A stretch of DNA of 64,000 nucleotides, from assembly GCA_035272385.1 (NCBI GenBank), contig DATEQS010000045.1:31111-95110 (forward strand), given 5' to 3'. Both the position numbers and the translations under genes were made by a program. This document shows, piece by piece, positions 20,156 through 29,493 of this stretch (position 1 is its first letter; every line of letters starts with the position of its first letter). The DNA is from Thermoplasmata archaeon. Its GTDB lineage: Archaea > Thermoplasmatota > Thermoplasmata > Lutacidiplasmatales > UBA184. The notes beneath the pieces were generated by a model, which was given only the letters and a program-made list of their open reading frames with translations, ran no database searches and was not told the DNA's origin.

Positions 20156-21424
20156 TCAGAACACCAAACGACGTATCCCCGGGAGGATCAGCAACAGCGC
20201 CCCCGTGGCCACCAAGCCGGCCGCGAATAACAGGCCGAACTCGACGGGGGTCCAAGCCCCCGCTACGGTCCCCAACACGAAGGCGCCGATGGCACCGGTG
20301 GTCCCGGTGAACAGGTACAGATTGGCGGTGATGCGCCCGATGACCACCGGGGGATACGCTCCCCGAAGGTAGACGTAGAGAACGGCGAGGTAAGCGGTCC
20401 CCGACGCGCCAAACAGGAACCATACGGCCGCGGCCGGCAGCAGCGCCAATCCGGGCCAGACGGCGGCGGCCACCAGGAGTCCGCTCGCGGTGGAGCTACC
20501 GATGAGGATCCATCCAATACTGCGGCGGGGATTCCACTCTCCGAGGAAGAGTGCGACCGCGACCCCGCCGATCACCCAGGAGACGAACAAGATCCCGTAC
20601 GCGTTCGTGCTTCCCACGAAGAGCCGTGCCGCCACGACGACGATGAGCAGGGTCGGAGCGGTCGAGAAGAACCCACGCACGAGCTCGACCGAGGCCAGTT
20701 GGCGGAGAGCGCTGCCGCCCTTTCCCGAAAAATACCGCCAGCCCTCGCGGAAGTCAGCAAGATAGGCGGCTTTTGGCTGCGCTGGGGAAGGGATGGAGAG
20801 AGGGATCACGAGCAGGGCCGCCGCCGCCAAGAACGCCGCATACAGGAGCAGTCCCCCCGAGGGGCCCACCACGACCACGATCAGGGCGCCGCCCGAGAAA
20901 CCCCCCAACTGGGTGGCGCCCCCGAGAAGGGTCCCCAACCCTTGCGCGCGGAACAATTGGTCTTGATTCAGAAGGAGGCGCGGAGTGGCATTGTTCGCGG
21001 CCCACGTGAAATCCCACAGGAGCGAAATGAAGGCGATCAGACCGAACAGCAGAGGTAGGGAAAGGAATCGTTCGCCGATCGCTGCGCCGAGCACAGCCGC
21101 CGCGACGGCTTGGGCCGGGTAGCAGACGATGTACACGGTCCGTTTGTTCCGGGCTCGGTCGACCAGGGGCCCGACCAAGAACGTGAGCGAATAGATGCCC
21201 ACCTCCGCGAAGAGAACGAGGCCAACGATCAGAAAGCTACCGGAGACTTGGTAAGCGAACCAAGGGATCGAGATGGCGTAGACGGAGTACCCCACAGTCG
21301 CCGCGGTCGCGGAGACCTCCCACAGGAGCCAGCGGCGGTTCCGAAGAAGTTCCCGATAACCACCCACGATGGACCCCGGGGCGTTGGACCCCCCTGCCTC
21401 CGGTTCGGTGGACCCGCTAATCAT
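20156..21424 (-). CDS. MFS transporter
   Basis: About 12 predicted hydrophobic helices, with the MFS loop GPLVDRARNKR. ATG at 21424 avoids overlap with the upstream ORF. Confidence 0.8.
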   Translation of the reverse strand: MISGSTEPEAGGSNAPGSIVGGYRELLRNRRWLLWEVSATAATVGYSVYAISIPWFAYQVSGSFLIVGLVLFAEVGIYSLTFLVGPLVDRARNKRTVYIVCYPAQAVAAAVLGAAIGERFLSLPLLFGLIAFISLLWDFTWAANNATPRLLLNQDQLFRAQGLGTLLGGATQLGGFSGGALIVVVVGPSGGLLLYAAFLAAAALLVIPLSIPSPAQPKAAYLADFREGWRYFSGKGGSALRQLASVELVRGFFSTAPTLLIVVVAARLFVGSTNAYGILFVSWVIGGVAVALFLGEWNPRRSIGWILIGSSTASGLLVAAAVWPGLALLPAAAVWFLFGASGTAYLAVLYVYLRGAYPPVVIGRITANLYLFTGTTGAIGAFVLGTVAGAWTPVEFGLLFAAGLVATGALLLILPGIRRLVF

Positions 21425-21434
21425 CCTCCGAGCT

Positions 21435-21704
21435 CTACAGGTGGCAACCGGCCACCGTCGCGCCGTACCAGCCACCAGCGACGAGCGTCAACGAAAGGAT
21501 GGCGATCGGAATGACAGTGGCCCATGCCCCGGTCCGAAATAGGACCGCCCCGAGCAAGGCGACCGCTCCCGCGAAGAGGAACAGGGAACCCGCTCCATCA
21601 CAGATCCCGGCGATCGCCAGACCGGCGCCGAGGCACCCGATGGAGGCGATAATAAGGAAGGCATCCAAAAGGCGGGGTCCTGACACACTCGGCCATCGTA
21701 TCAT
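21435..21704 (-). CDS. small membrane protein, hypothetical
   Basis: 89 aa, three hydrophobic segments. Ends 10 nt upstream of the MFS start. Confidence 0.45.
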   Translation of the reverse strand: MIRWPSVSGPRLLDAFLIIASIGCLGAGLAIAGICDGAGSLFLFAGAVALLGAVLFRTGAWATVIPIAILSLTLVAGGWYGATVAGCHL

Positions 21705-21765
21705 CGGATTAAGTCTCGTGGGAGGGGTCCCGCGCGTTCGTTTCGGCTGGGGGAAGAAGTCCGAG

Positions 21766-21837
21766 TGGACACGGGGGGATTTGAACCCCCGACCTCTGCT
21801 TTGCGAAAGCAGCGATCTTCCGCTGATCTACGTGCCC
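21766..21837 (-). tRNA. tRNA-Ala (anticodon CGC)
   Basis: Hand-folded: GGGCACG acceptor with G3:U70, anticodon arm CTGCT-TTCGCAA-AGCAG, T arm GGGGG-TTCAAAT-CCCCC, discriminator A. No CCA is encoded. Confidence 0.9.
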
Positions 21838-21995
21838 GCGGAAGCGGGGATAGGGAGGTCGCCTTAAGTCCTTTGGAAAGACGCGCACGCGCCCCTCTCC
21901 TTCGCCCTATGGGCTATCTTCGGCTGGTCCGGTGAAAGTGACTTCTCGCGCTCGGAAAAGGACGGGTACCTAAGTCCCGAGAAGAGAAGTGGAGT

Positions 21996-22616
21996 CTAGC
22001 TCGCTGCGGTCGCAATAATCGATGTGCGTAACTCGGTGTGGGAGGAGGCAGCCGGGGCCGCTTTCGAACTCGACGGGGAGCTTCCCTCGGAGGTGCCGGG
22101 AGGGGAGGGAGGCCGAGCTTGAGGCGGTCCGGAACGTCCCACGGGAGAACGGCGCGTGAGGACCAGACGATGCTCATCGGCATCGTAGCGGAAGAGGTCC
22201 GCATACCGTCCCCAGTTGACGATGTTCTGGACCGCCTCTTCCGCCGGGGCCGTCGTGAACGAAACGATCTGGCCCAGGTCCTCATCGGAGAGGGCGTGCC
22301 CGGGAGCGCTTTCGAGAGCACGGAGCAGGGTCCTGAAGAGAGTGGTCTTGCGAAGTTGATCGCGAATGATCGCCTTGCGGTCCCGGATCGATCCGCCCAC
22401 GAGCTTTTTCCCGAGGTCGGTAAAGGAGGCCCGTCCGTCCGTGACCTTCAGGAGCTGAAGGACCTCGGCGAATTCGAGGGCAGGAAAGATCTCGTCGATC
22501 TCCAGGTCGAGGTCGTCGGCGAGGAGGGCCACATCCTCCGAACCCTTGTGGGAATTGAGGAGCACGAGCAGCCCCATCATCTCGGTGGGGTTGCACTTCG
22601 GAAAGGTCGTCGGCAC
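21996..22616 (-). CDS. stand-alone AAA-associated C-terminal domain protein (accessory of NitT/TauT-type ABC ATPases)
   Basis: MMGLLVLLNSHKGSEDVALLADDLDLEIDEIFPALEFAEVLQLL ... VNWGRYADLFRYD matches the domain normally fused to these ATPases. Low-complexity P/S-rich tail. Confidence 0.72.
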   Translation of the reverse strand: MPTTFPKCNPTEMMGLLVLLNSHKGSEDVALLADDLDLEIDEIFPALEFAEVLQLLKVTDGRASFTDLGKKLVGGSIRDRKAIIRDQLRKTTLFRTLLRALESAPGHALSDEDLGQIVSFTTAPAEEAVQNIVNWGRYADLFRYDADEHRLVLTRRSPVGRSGPPQARPPSPPGTSEGSSPSSSKAAPAASSHTELRTSIIATAAS

Positions 22617-22661
22617 GGTTCTTCTCAGGGGGCGACCCTACCAAGAGCCGTTCTATAAGTC

Positions 22662-23468
22662 TTACCCGGCCGAAGGGGCACTTTCCGGCCGGGTCTTGGA
22701 GGCCATCGCGCTCCCCCCCTCGGTGATGAGGGAGTAGACCCGGTCGGTCAGGTCGTAGAAAGCGGACGACTTACGGTCCCGGGGTCTCGGAAGGTCGACC
22801 TCGACCTGGGCGAGAATATGACCGGGCCGGCGAGAGAGCACGATGACTCGATCGGCCAGTTGGATGGCCTCCTCGATGTTGTGGCTGACGAGCAATACCG
22901 CGTCGGGCGGAAGCTGAGGGTCCCGCCACAGTTGGAGAACCTCCTCCCGAAGGCTCTCCGCGGTGAGCGGGTCGAGGGCGCTGAACGGCTCGTCCATCAG
23001 AAGGACCGCAGGTTCCACCGCGAGGGCACGGGCCAGCCCCACGCGCTGGCGCATCCCTCCGGACAGTTCCCGCGGATAGGCCTCCTGGAAGCCATCGAGG
23101 CCCGTGACCGAGATGTACCGCTCCACCTGAGACCCGATCCGCTCGGTCGCCCAGCCCAGGGCTTCGAGGCCGAAGGCGACGTTCTGGGCGACGGTAAGCC
23201 ACGGATACAGGGCGAAGCTCTGGAAGACCATCGCCATTTGCGGGCAGACCGTTTCGATCTTCTGGTCTCGAAAGGAGATCCTCCCGGCCGTCGGATGGTC
23301 GAGGCCTTGGATGAGGCGCAGAAGGGTCGACTTCCCGCATCCGGACGGTCCGACGATCGCAACGAAGTCCGAATCCTTGACCTCGAAGGAGATGTCCTGC
23401 ATGATCGAGATCGTGCCGTGCCGAGACGCGAAACTCTTGTCCACGTGCTCGACCTGGATCAGCGCCAA
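22662..23468 (-). CDS. ABC transporter ATP-binding protein (NitT/TauT family)
   Basis: Walker A GPSGCGKST, signature LSGGMRQR, Walker B LLMDEPFSALD. Confidence 0.92.
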   Translation of the reverse strand: MALIQVEHVDKSFASRHGTISIMQDISFEVKDSDFVAIVGPSGCGKSTLLRLIQGLDHPTAGRISFRDQKIETVCPQMAMVFQSFALYPWLTVAQNVAFGLEALGWATERIGSQVERYISVTGLDGFQEAYPRELSGGMRQRVGLARALAVEPAVLLMDEPFSALDPLTAESLREEVLQLWRDPQLPPDAVLLVSHNIEEAIQLADRVIVLSRRPGHILAQVEVDLPRPRDRKSSAFYDLTDRVYSLITEGGSAMASKTRPESAPSAG

Positions 23469-23504
23469 GGTTCGTTTCCCGTCCGAACTGAGCGGTTCTC
23501 GGAA

Positions 23505-25322
23505 TCAATCGTACCGGTATCGTTCGACGGCACGGCGGTACAGCGGCTTCCATATGAGTTCGTTGATGGTGATGACGGTCGCGATCAGCGCGAACAGCGC
23601 CGCGACCATCAGCGGATACCCCCCGTTCGCGGACTCGCCGTAACCGATGTCGATCAACTGGCCGACACCGAGGACGCTCAGGGATTGACCGGATCCCACC
23701 TTGAGGTACTCCGCGACGATCAAAGTGTTCCACCCCCCTCCGAAAGCGGTGATCGAGCCGGTGATGAGCGCGGTGAAGACCCCGGGGACGAGGACTCGGC
23801 GAAGGAGCTTCCGGCCTTTGAGACCGAACGATCGCGCGGCTTCCTCGAGGTCCGGCGGTATCGAGCGAATGCCCGAGAGGAGATTGAAAAAGAGATACCA
23901 GATCATCCCCGTCATCAACATGAGTATCGCCGCCCCCTCCGCGCTGATGTAGGGGACGAGTTCGAAAATGATGACCGGGAAGAGCGCCGTCGCGGGGAAC
24001 GAGGCCACCACTTCGACGATCGGAAGTCCCACGCGGCGGGCCCGCGGACCCCGCGCCATCAGGAGCGCGAGGGGAAGCGCGATGGCGAGGCAGATCGCAT
24101 ACGCGATCACCAGGCGCGTGATGGAGAATCCCACGGCGAGAGGAAGCATGAGCATCTGGGCGCGAACGGGCGGCAAGATCGTGCCGCTGAACACGGTGTA
24201 GACCGCCACGACGATGGCGATGAGCATCAACCAGACGAGGACGAGAATCGTTCCCAACGAAAGATGGTAGATGACCGCCTGGCGGCGGGCGCTCGGCCGA
24301 CGGCTGGGCCGCACCGTGATAGCGGCCAGTTGGACGAGCGGAGTGCTTAGGCGGGTAACGCCCGTTCGCACTCCGCGAGTGACGTACGAAGCGGCACGGC
24401 GGAATCGACCCGAGGTCCCGGCGGGCATGATCGGCTCCCCCTCTCCCGAAGGAGCCTGGTCGAACCGGAACCGCTCGGCGTAGTGACCGAGCGGCCTCCA
24501 GAGCAGGAAGTCGAGGAGTGCGATGACGATGACCAGGACGATGAGGCCCGCGAGGAACTGTTCGCTGTTGTGGCCGCTCGCCGCGAACGAGAGGAAGCTG
24601 CCGATGCCGGGCAAGGCCGCCCCGTTCGTGGTGAAGATCTCGGCCTCGACGAGGAAGAACCAGCCCCCCGTCCAAGAGAGAACCGAGTTGTAGACCAGGC
24701 GATTCACCGTGGCCGGAAAGAGCAGGCGTCGGAACCGGAGCCAGCCCTTGAGCCCGAAGGTGTCGGCCGCCTCGCGGAGGTCAGATGGCACCGTCTTCAG
24801 AGATTCGTACACCCCGAAGACCATGTTCCAGGACATGGACGTGAAGATCAGGATCACGGACGCCAGGTTGGGTCCGAACCCCGACGGCTGTAGGTTGTAG
24901 AGGACGAGGACGACAATCGGGAAGAATCCGAGGATAGGAACGGACTGCAGGATATCGAGAATCGGGATCATGACCCGTTCTCCGGTCCGGTGGGCCGCAG
25001 CGTAGTAGCCGTAGGAGAGCGCGAAGGCGAGCGAGAGGACGTACGCCGCCGACATGCGCAGGAAGGAGTACGAGACGTCGACGGTGGCGGTCGGAAGATA
25101 GCTCGCGAGTCCGGCAGCCGTGAACCCCGGGTCGGAAGCGGCGATTACCCCGATGGAAAGGGGGAGGGCTAGGTAGAGAAGCGTCGCTGGTCGGCTCCAT
25201 CGAATCTTCGATGATGCCGGGGATGGCAGCGTCCCGGCCGTCGGCCCAAGATTTGATGGCCCGGGGACCACGGGTGCAGAATCCCCTTGAGCTGTCAAGT
25301 GGATCCTCCCTTCCCCGGCCAT
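23505..25322 (-). CDS. ABC transporter permease, duplicated (two fused permease domains)
   Basis: Two tandem permease modules, each with an EAA-like loop (LREAADTFGLKGW and LEEAARSFGLKGR). ATG at 25322 chosen. The longest ORF extends to 25424. Confidence 0.85.
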   Translation of the reverse strand: MAGEGRIHLTAQGDSAPVVPGPSNLGPTAGTLPSPASSKIRWSRPATLLYLALPLSIGVIAASDPGFTAAGLASYLPTATVDVSYSFLRMSAAYVLSLAFALSYGYYAAAHRTGERVMIPILDILQSVPILGFFPIVVLVLYNLQPSGFGPNLASVILIFTSMSWNMVFGVYESLKTVPSDLREAADTFGLKGWLRFRRLLFPATVNRLVYNSVLSWTGGWFFLVEAEIFTTNGAALPGIGSFLSFAASGHNSEQFLAGLIVLVIVIALLDFLLWRPLGHYAERFRFDQAPSGEGEPIMPAGTSGRFRRAASYVTRGVRTGVTRLSTPLVQLAAITVRPSRRPSARRQAVIYHLSLGTILVLVWLMLIAIVVAVYTVFSGTILPPVRAQMLMLPLAVGFSITRLVIAYAICLAIALPLALLMARGPRARRVGLPIVEVVASFPATALFPVIIFELVPYISAEGAAILMLMTGMIWYLFFNLLSGIRSIPPDLEEAARSFGLKGRKLLRRVLVPGVFTALITGSITAFGGGWNTLIVAEYLKVGSGQSLSVLGVGQLIDIGYGESANGGYPLMVAALFALIATVITINELIWKPLYRRAVERYRYD

Positions 25323-25457
25323 GCAGCCCCCGGGGCGTGGCCGGGCGGAGGGACTGTCCCGGTCTATTTGTGCCGTGTGGTCGTATCCTCGGCCCGCGCT
25401 CTCAGAAGCTCCTCCGCGCGGCAACGTTTATCAACGGCCCGAAGCTGGCATTTTCGT

Positions 25458-25564
25458 AGCCCCGTGGTGTAGTGGCCAATCATGCGAGACTCTGGATCTC
25501 GCGACGCAGGTTCGAACGCCGCGGTGGTCGCCTTCCCCGACGGCCGAAACTCCTGCCGGGGCTA
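25458..25564 (+). tRNA. tRNA-Gln (anticodon CUG) interrupted by a 34-nt intron in the T-loop
   Basis: Acceptor AGCCCCG pairs with CGGGGCT, then A73. Anticodon arm CGAGA-CTCTGGA-TCTCG. The T-stem halves GCAGG (25506-10) and CCTGC (25552-56) are separated by 41 nt. Confidence 0.85.
25517..25550 (+). other. tRNA intron at position 59/60 with an hBHBh' motif
   Basis: Outer helix is the T stem. Central 4-bp helix is TTCG (25511-14) with CGAA (25545-48). The 3-nt bulges are AA|C (25515-17) and AC|T (25549-51). Inner helix is GCCG (25518-21) with CGGC (25541-44). Splicing restores the T-loop TTCGAAT. Confidence 0.75.
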
Positions 25565-25769
25565 CTATCGGGTTCGCGTCCTTCTTCCGGTGCGGGGGTG
25601 CTCCAGCTCGGCCAATCCGTCCGACGCGTTCGGCGGGGCCACCGAGGCAGGGCTTAGGACCCTGTTGCCTAGGGCATTCGCCGGTTCAAAGGGTAGGTCG
25701 GTCCTCGGGACCGGCCGCCGGAAACTCCGGCCCCCCGCACTTCTCCGGGAACCCTGACAGGTTCGGCGG

Positions 25770-26669
25770 ATGCCCGAGCGACGAACTCCCCGGCCTCCTT
25801 CCGAGCTGCTCCGTCTCTCGCCGGAAGAGGCCGACGAACTTCTCGACTACCTCGAACGGGGCGTGCCCCTCCGAAATCCGGTGACGGAACTGTCCCGGGG
25901 GAGCGCCGAGGAGGCGATCGTGTTCGGTGACACCCACGGCGACTGGAGGTCGACCGAAGAGGTCGTCAAGCGTTATCGAGCGGACGGCCGCTGCCTGGTC
26001 GGGCTGGGGGATTACGTCGATCGGGCCCCGGATGACTGCGGGGCGGGCTCGGTCGCGAACGCGCTCTATCTCCTCAGCCTCGCGGCCGAGGCCCCGGATC
26101 GGGTCTATCTGATCCAGGGAAACCACGAGGTGGTTCGTCGTATTCCCGCCATCCCCCACAATCTTCCGGAAGAGGTGGACGAGCTGTGGGGGCCGGACTC
26201 GACGAGGTACGAGCGGCTCTTGGGACTCTTCGAGCGAGGCCCGCTCGCCATGACCACCTCGAACGGGGCCTACCTCGCTCACGCGGGTTTTCCACGAGGT
26301 GATCTTCCCTCCCCGTGGACGAAGGCGTTCGAATCCCTGGATACGGAACGTCTCGCCGAGATCACATGGGCCGAGTGTGACGCCTCGCGAATCCGTCGGG
26401 GCGCGGCTCTTCCGTGGGGGAGTCGAGACCTGGACCGGTTCCTGCAGGCGACGGGCCTTCGGTTGATGCTGCGCGGACACGACCCCGACCTGACGGGGCG
26501 ACCCCTCTACGGAGGTCGCTGCCTCACGCTGCACACGTCCCGGATCTACGAACGGTACGGGGGAGTGATCGTGGCACATCTTCCCCTCGCGGCTCCGCTA
26601 CGATCCGTCACCGACCTCAAGGTAGAACACCTCCCGACGGAAGGACGTTCGTTTCCGTTCCCGTCGTGA
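25770..26669 (+). CDS. metallophosphoesterase, PPP-type Ser/Thr phosphatase-like
   Basis: Motifs GDTHGD, GDYVDRA and GNHE in the canonical order. Confidence 0.85.
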   Translation: MPERRTPRPPSELLRLSPEEADELLDYLERGVPLRNPVTELSRGSAEEAIVFGDTHGDWRSTEEVVKRYRADGRCLVGLGDYVDRAPDDCGAGSVANALYLLSLAAEAPDRVYLIQGNHEVVRRIPAIPHNLPEEVDELWGPDSTRYERLLGLFERGPLAMTTSNGAYLAHAGFPRGDLPSPWTKAFESLDTERLAEITWAECDASRIRRGAALPWGSRDLDRFLQATGLRLMLRGHDPDLTGRPLYGGRCLTLHTSRIYERYGGVIVAHLPLAAPLRSVTDLKVEHLPTEGRSFPFPS

Positions 26670-26793
26670 ATCGAGGGTCCCGGGTCGGCGAGATTCGTGT
26701 CGGCTGTTCCGTCAAGTTGAGTTCACTTGGTCCGTCCGTACGAACTCCTTCGGCATAGCGTGGAATCGGCTCCGCGGAGCGGTAGTCGGAGGC

Positions 26794-29493
26794 ATGGGCG
26801 GGAGCGACGCCGGGACACCGAGGAGCGTCGTCGCCGAGGGTCCGGTTCCGGTCTTTGAACAGCCCCCGGCCGTCATCCGATTCTTCGACCGGACGGAAGA
26901 GGTGGTCCGGTCCCGGCTCGCGAAGCTGACCTTCTTCCAGCGGGTCTTCCAGCTCGACCGGGATTGGATGACCCGGATCACCATGCTCATGGTGGTCGCG
27001 TCGGTCTTCTGGGGGATCGTCGGCGCGTTCGACATCTTCGGATTCGAGACCCAGGTCACGGCGTTCGCTCTGGGCCAGTCGCTCCACCTTTCGAACCAGG
27101 AAATCTACTCCTCGCTCACCTTACACGGGATTCGGATGCTGTTCGGGTTCGCCCAGCAGCTCGAACTGGCGCTCTTCGGAATCATCTTCGTCACGGCGTT
27201 CGGTCTTGTCCCGCGCCACAAGTGGGCGTACTACCTCTCGGTGCTCCTGGTCAACCTCAGCATGGTGCTGATGGAGGGCCCATTCTATCTCTTTCCGCAG
27301 TTCAACGACAATTACTTTCCCGCGCTCGGGTGGTACTTCTATTCGCCGCTCGGGATCCGGGGCCTCTCCTCGTACGTCGCGAGCCCTCTCTGGTATCTCG
27401 GTTGGATCGCGCTCAGCGTCGGGGTTGTCATCTGGGCCGCCTGGATGTTGATTCACTTCCTCGACTGGTGGCGAAGCCACCGTGGCCAGGTCCGGCGGAT
27501 CCCTCCGTTCGCACTGTTCGTCCTTGCGACGGTCATCCTCATCCCGCTCTCGTACGCGACCGTCCTTGCCTCGTCAGCTTGGGACCTTTTGAATTACTTC
27601 GGAGTGGGTCCGGTCGACCCTCTCGCTAACCAGGTCTTGTTCTGGTTCTTCGGGCACGGGATCGTCTACATTCTGTTCCTGATCCCGATCACCGCGTTCT
27701 ACTTCCTCGTCCCGATCTTCGCGAAGCGGCCGATCTACAGCTATCGGGCCGCGTTCGCCGCCGCGGTGATATTCACCATCCTCACCCCCGTGCTTTCGAT
27801 CCATCACCTCTACCTGACGCCGGTTCCGCCGTGGTCCGCCTGGCTCACGATGGCCCTGACGTTCTTCATCATCGTTCCCTCCGCGATCACGTTCTTCACC
27901 GTCTGGATGACGACGAAGGGGGTGAGGCGAGGCGAGTGGCAGTGGAACGCGGTGACCCTGTTCCTTCTTCTCTCGTTCGCCGGGACGATGGCGGGGGGCC
28001 TCACCGGTCCGGACAACAATACCCTCGCCTTCGACATCGACCTCCACAATACGATGTTCATCGTCAGCCACTTCCATGCGATCGCTCTCCTTTCCATCGC
28101 GGCCGGCGGGTTTGCCGTCGTGTATGCGGCGTTCCCGCTCCTGGCGGGACGGCTGTGGTATTCCCCTCGACTCGCCCAGGCCCACTTCGTCTCCACGGCG
28201 ATCGGATGGAGCGGCCTCGTCCTGTTCATGGACCTATTGGGGTCGGACGGTATCCTCCGACGTTCGCTCATCTTCCCGCTCACAAACGCCGTCGTGTCGG
28301 ATCAAGTCTGGCTCTTCGTCTTCGTTATCATCTCGATCGGAGCCCAGTTGTTCTTCGTCGCCAACGTCCTGTTGACGCTGTTCAAGGGCGAGCTGCTGAC
28401 GGTGCAGGGCCTATCGCTCGACGAGATCGTTCGCAAGATGGCCCAATCGACTCATCCGAAGCCCACCGTCCCGATCTCGGACCGGAAGTTCGAGCGGAGC
28501 GTCCCGCGCGCGCGACGCGAACGGGCCGAACGTACCTGGATCACGGTGGTCGTGGTCCTGATCCTCGGAGTCCTCGTGACAACCTCTCCGCTCACCGTGA
28601 CCGACTCCACAACGATCGGCACCCCCTCGGACCCGCCAGCCGGCGCCGAGTACTTCTCTCTCGTGAATTACCAGTACTACTGGGGGGTCCAGGAGAGCGG
28701 TCTGATCCACGGGTCGTACTCCAACGTGATGGTCGTTCATGCCGGGCAGTGGGTAGCGGTGAATGCCACGGCCCAGGGTGCGACGGGCGGTTTCTACCTG
28801 CCCTTCCGAAATCTTCCCACCGTTGACATCCAGGTGATCCCCGACGCGATGTCCTACTGGCTCTTCCAAGCGCCTTCGGTCCCGGGCGTTTATGCCGCGC
28901 CCGACTCCGAATACAACGGGCCGTGGTTCGGTCAGGACGTGGCCGCGCTCGTGGTCCTGCCCGCGACCGGCTCCTCGAGCCTCGCCCAGTACCAGTCGAA
29001 CGGGGGCGAGGGGGACATCTACAATCCCCCGGTGATGGGTGCGAACGGGGCTTTCCTCCTCGTGGACCAAGAAGGTCTCTTCGATAACTCGGTACCGGGC
29101 CCTACCCTGACCGCGTCCCCCGGAGCGGTGTCGTTCCAGTATTACATCCCGACATCGAGCATCGGGATCGACAGCTACCTGGTCAACGTGACCTCGAACG
29201 ACCCCAACGGCCAATTGAACTACCTCGCCGCCCACAATTACACGCTCCCCTACAAGGTCGGGATCTACGCGATCAACACCACCGGGGGAAACCTCGTGCC
29301 GGTCACGACCATGCCGCTGCGCGTCGGCTCGCCAATGAACGAGACCGCGACCCTGCCGGCGGGGGTTTACGTCTACGGCCTCGTGAGCCCGATCCCGTAT
29401 GTCTACAACCCGGCCGGAGAATCGAACTGGATGACCGGTTCGGACCAAGGTGACGTCATGGGAATGTGGGGGATCCTATGGGTGAGCCCATGA
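26794..29493 (+). CDS. heme-copper oxidase subunit I fused to a CuA-less subunit II-like domain and an extra C-terminal domain
   Basis: All six canonical His are present: LTLHGIRMLF, WFFGHGIVY (B-family-like GHxIVY with the Tyr), SIHHLY, VSHFHAI. After ~aa 582 come a TM helix (WITVVVVLILGVLV) and beta-rich extracytoplasmic domains. The whole 899-aa protein has no Cys. GGAGG lies before the ATG. Confidence 0.85.
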   Translation: MGGSDAGTPRSVVAEGPVPVFEQPPAVIRFFDRTEEVVRSRLAKLTFFQRVFQLDRDWMTRITMLMVVASVFWGIVGAFDIFGFETQVTAFALGQSLHLSNQEIYSSLTLHGIRMLFGFAQQLELALFGIIFVTAFGLVPRHKWAYYLSVLLVNLSMVLMEGPFYLFPQFNDNYFPALGWYFYSPLGIRGLSSYVASPLWYLGWIALSVGVVIWAAWMLIHFLDWWRSHRGQVRRIPPFALFVLATVILIPLSYATVLASSAWDLLNYFGVGPVDPLANQVLFWFFGHGIVYILFLIPITAFYFLVPIFAKRPIYSYRAAFAAAVIFTILTPVLSIHHLYLTPVPPWSAWLTMALTFFIIVPSAITFFTVWMTTKGVRRGEWQWNAVTLFLLLSFAGTMAGGLTGPDNNTLAFDIDLHNTMFIVSHFHAIALLSIAAGGFAVVYAAFPLLAGRLWYSPRLAQAHFVSTAIGWSGLVLFMDLLGSDGILRRSLIFPLTNAVVSDQVWLFVFVIISIGAQLFFVANVLLTLFKGELLTVQGLSLDEIVRKMAQSTHPKPTVPISDRKFERSVPRARRERAERTWITVVVVLILGVLVTTSPLTVTDSTTIGTPSDPPAGAEYFSLVNYQYYWGVQESGLIHGSYSNVMVVHAGQWVAVNATAQGATGGFYLPFRNLPTVDIQVIPDAMSYWLFQAPSVPGVYAAPDSEYNGPWFGQDVAALVVLPATGSSSLAQYQSNGGEGDIYNPPVMGANGAFLLVDQEGLFDNSVPGPTLTASPGAVSFQYYIPTSSIGIDSYLVNVTSNDPNGQLNYLAAHNYTLPYKVGIYAINTTGGNLVPVTTMPLRVGSPMNETATLPAGVYVYGLVSPIPYVYNPAGESNWMTGSDQGDVMGMWGILWVSP

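Noticed and set aside
22771-24675. 634-aa minus-strand ORF (and the 510-aa plus ORF 22818..24350) spanning the ABC ATPase and permease genes
   Set aside because: Both are out of frame with or antisense to genes that carry clear Walker/ABC and permease motifs. Their translations are Arg/Pro/Gly-rich low-complexity sequence, typical of wrong frames in GC-rich DNA.
25565-25769. Possible ncRNA in the 205-nt spacer after tRNA-Gln, which shares a ccg(g)aaactcc string with the intron
   Set aside because: The shared string is only about 10 nt. I could not fold a convincing conserved structure or find C/D or H/ACA boxes. It is more likely the promoter or leader of the phosphatase gene.
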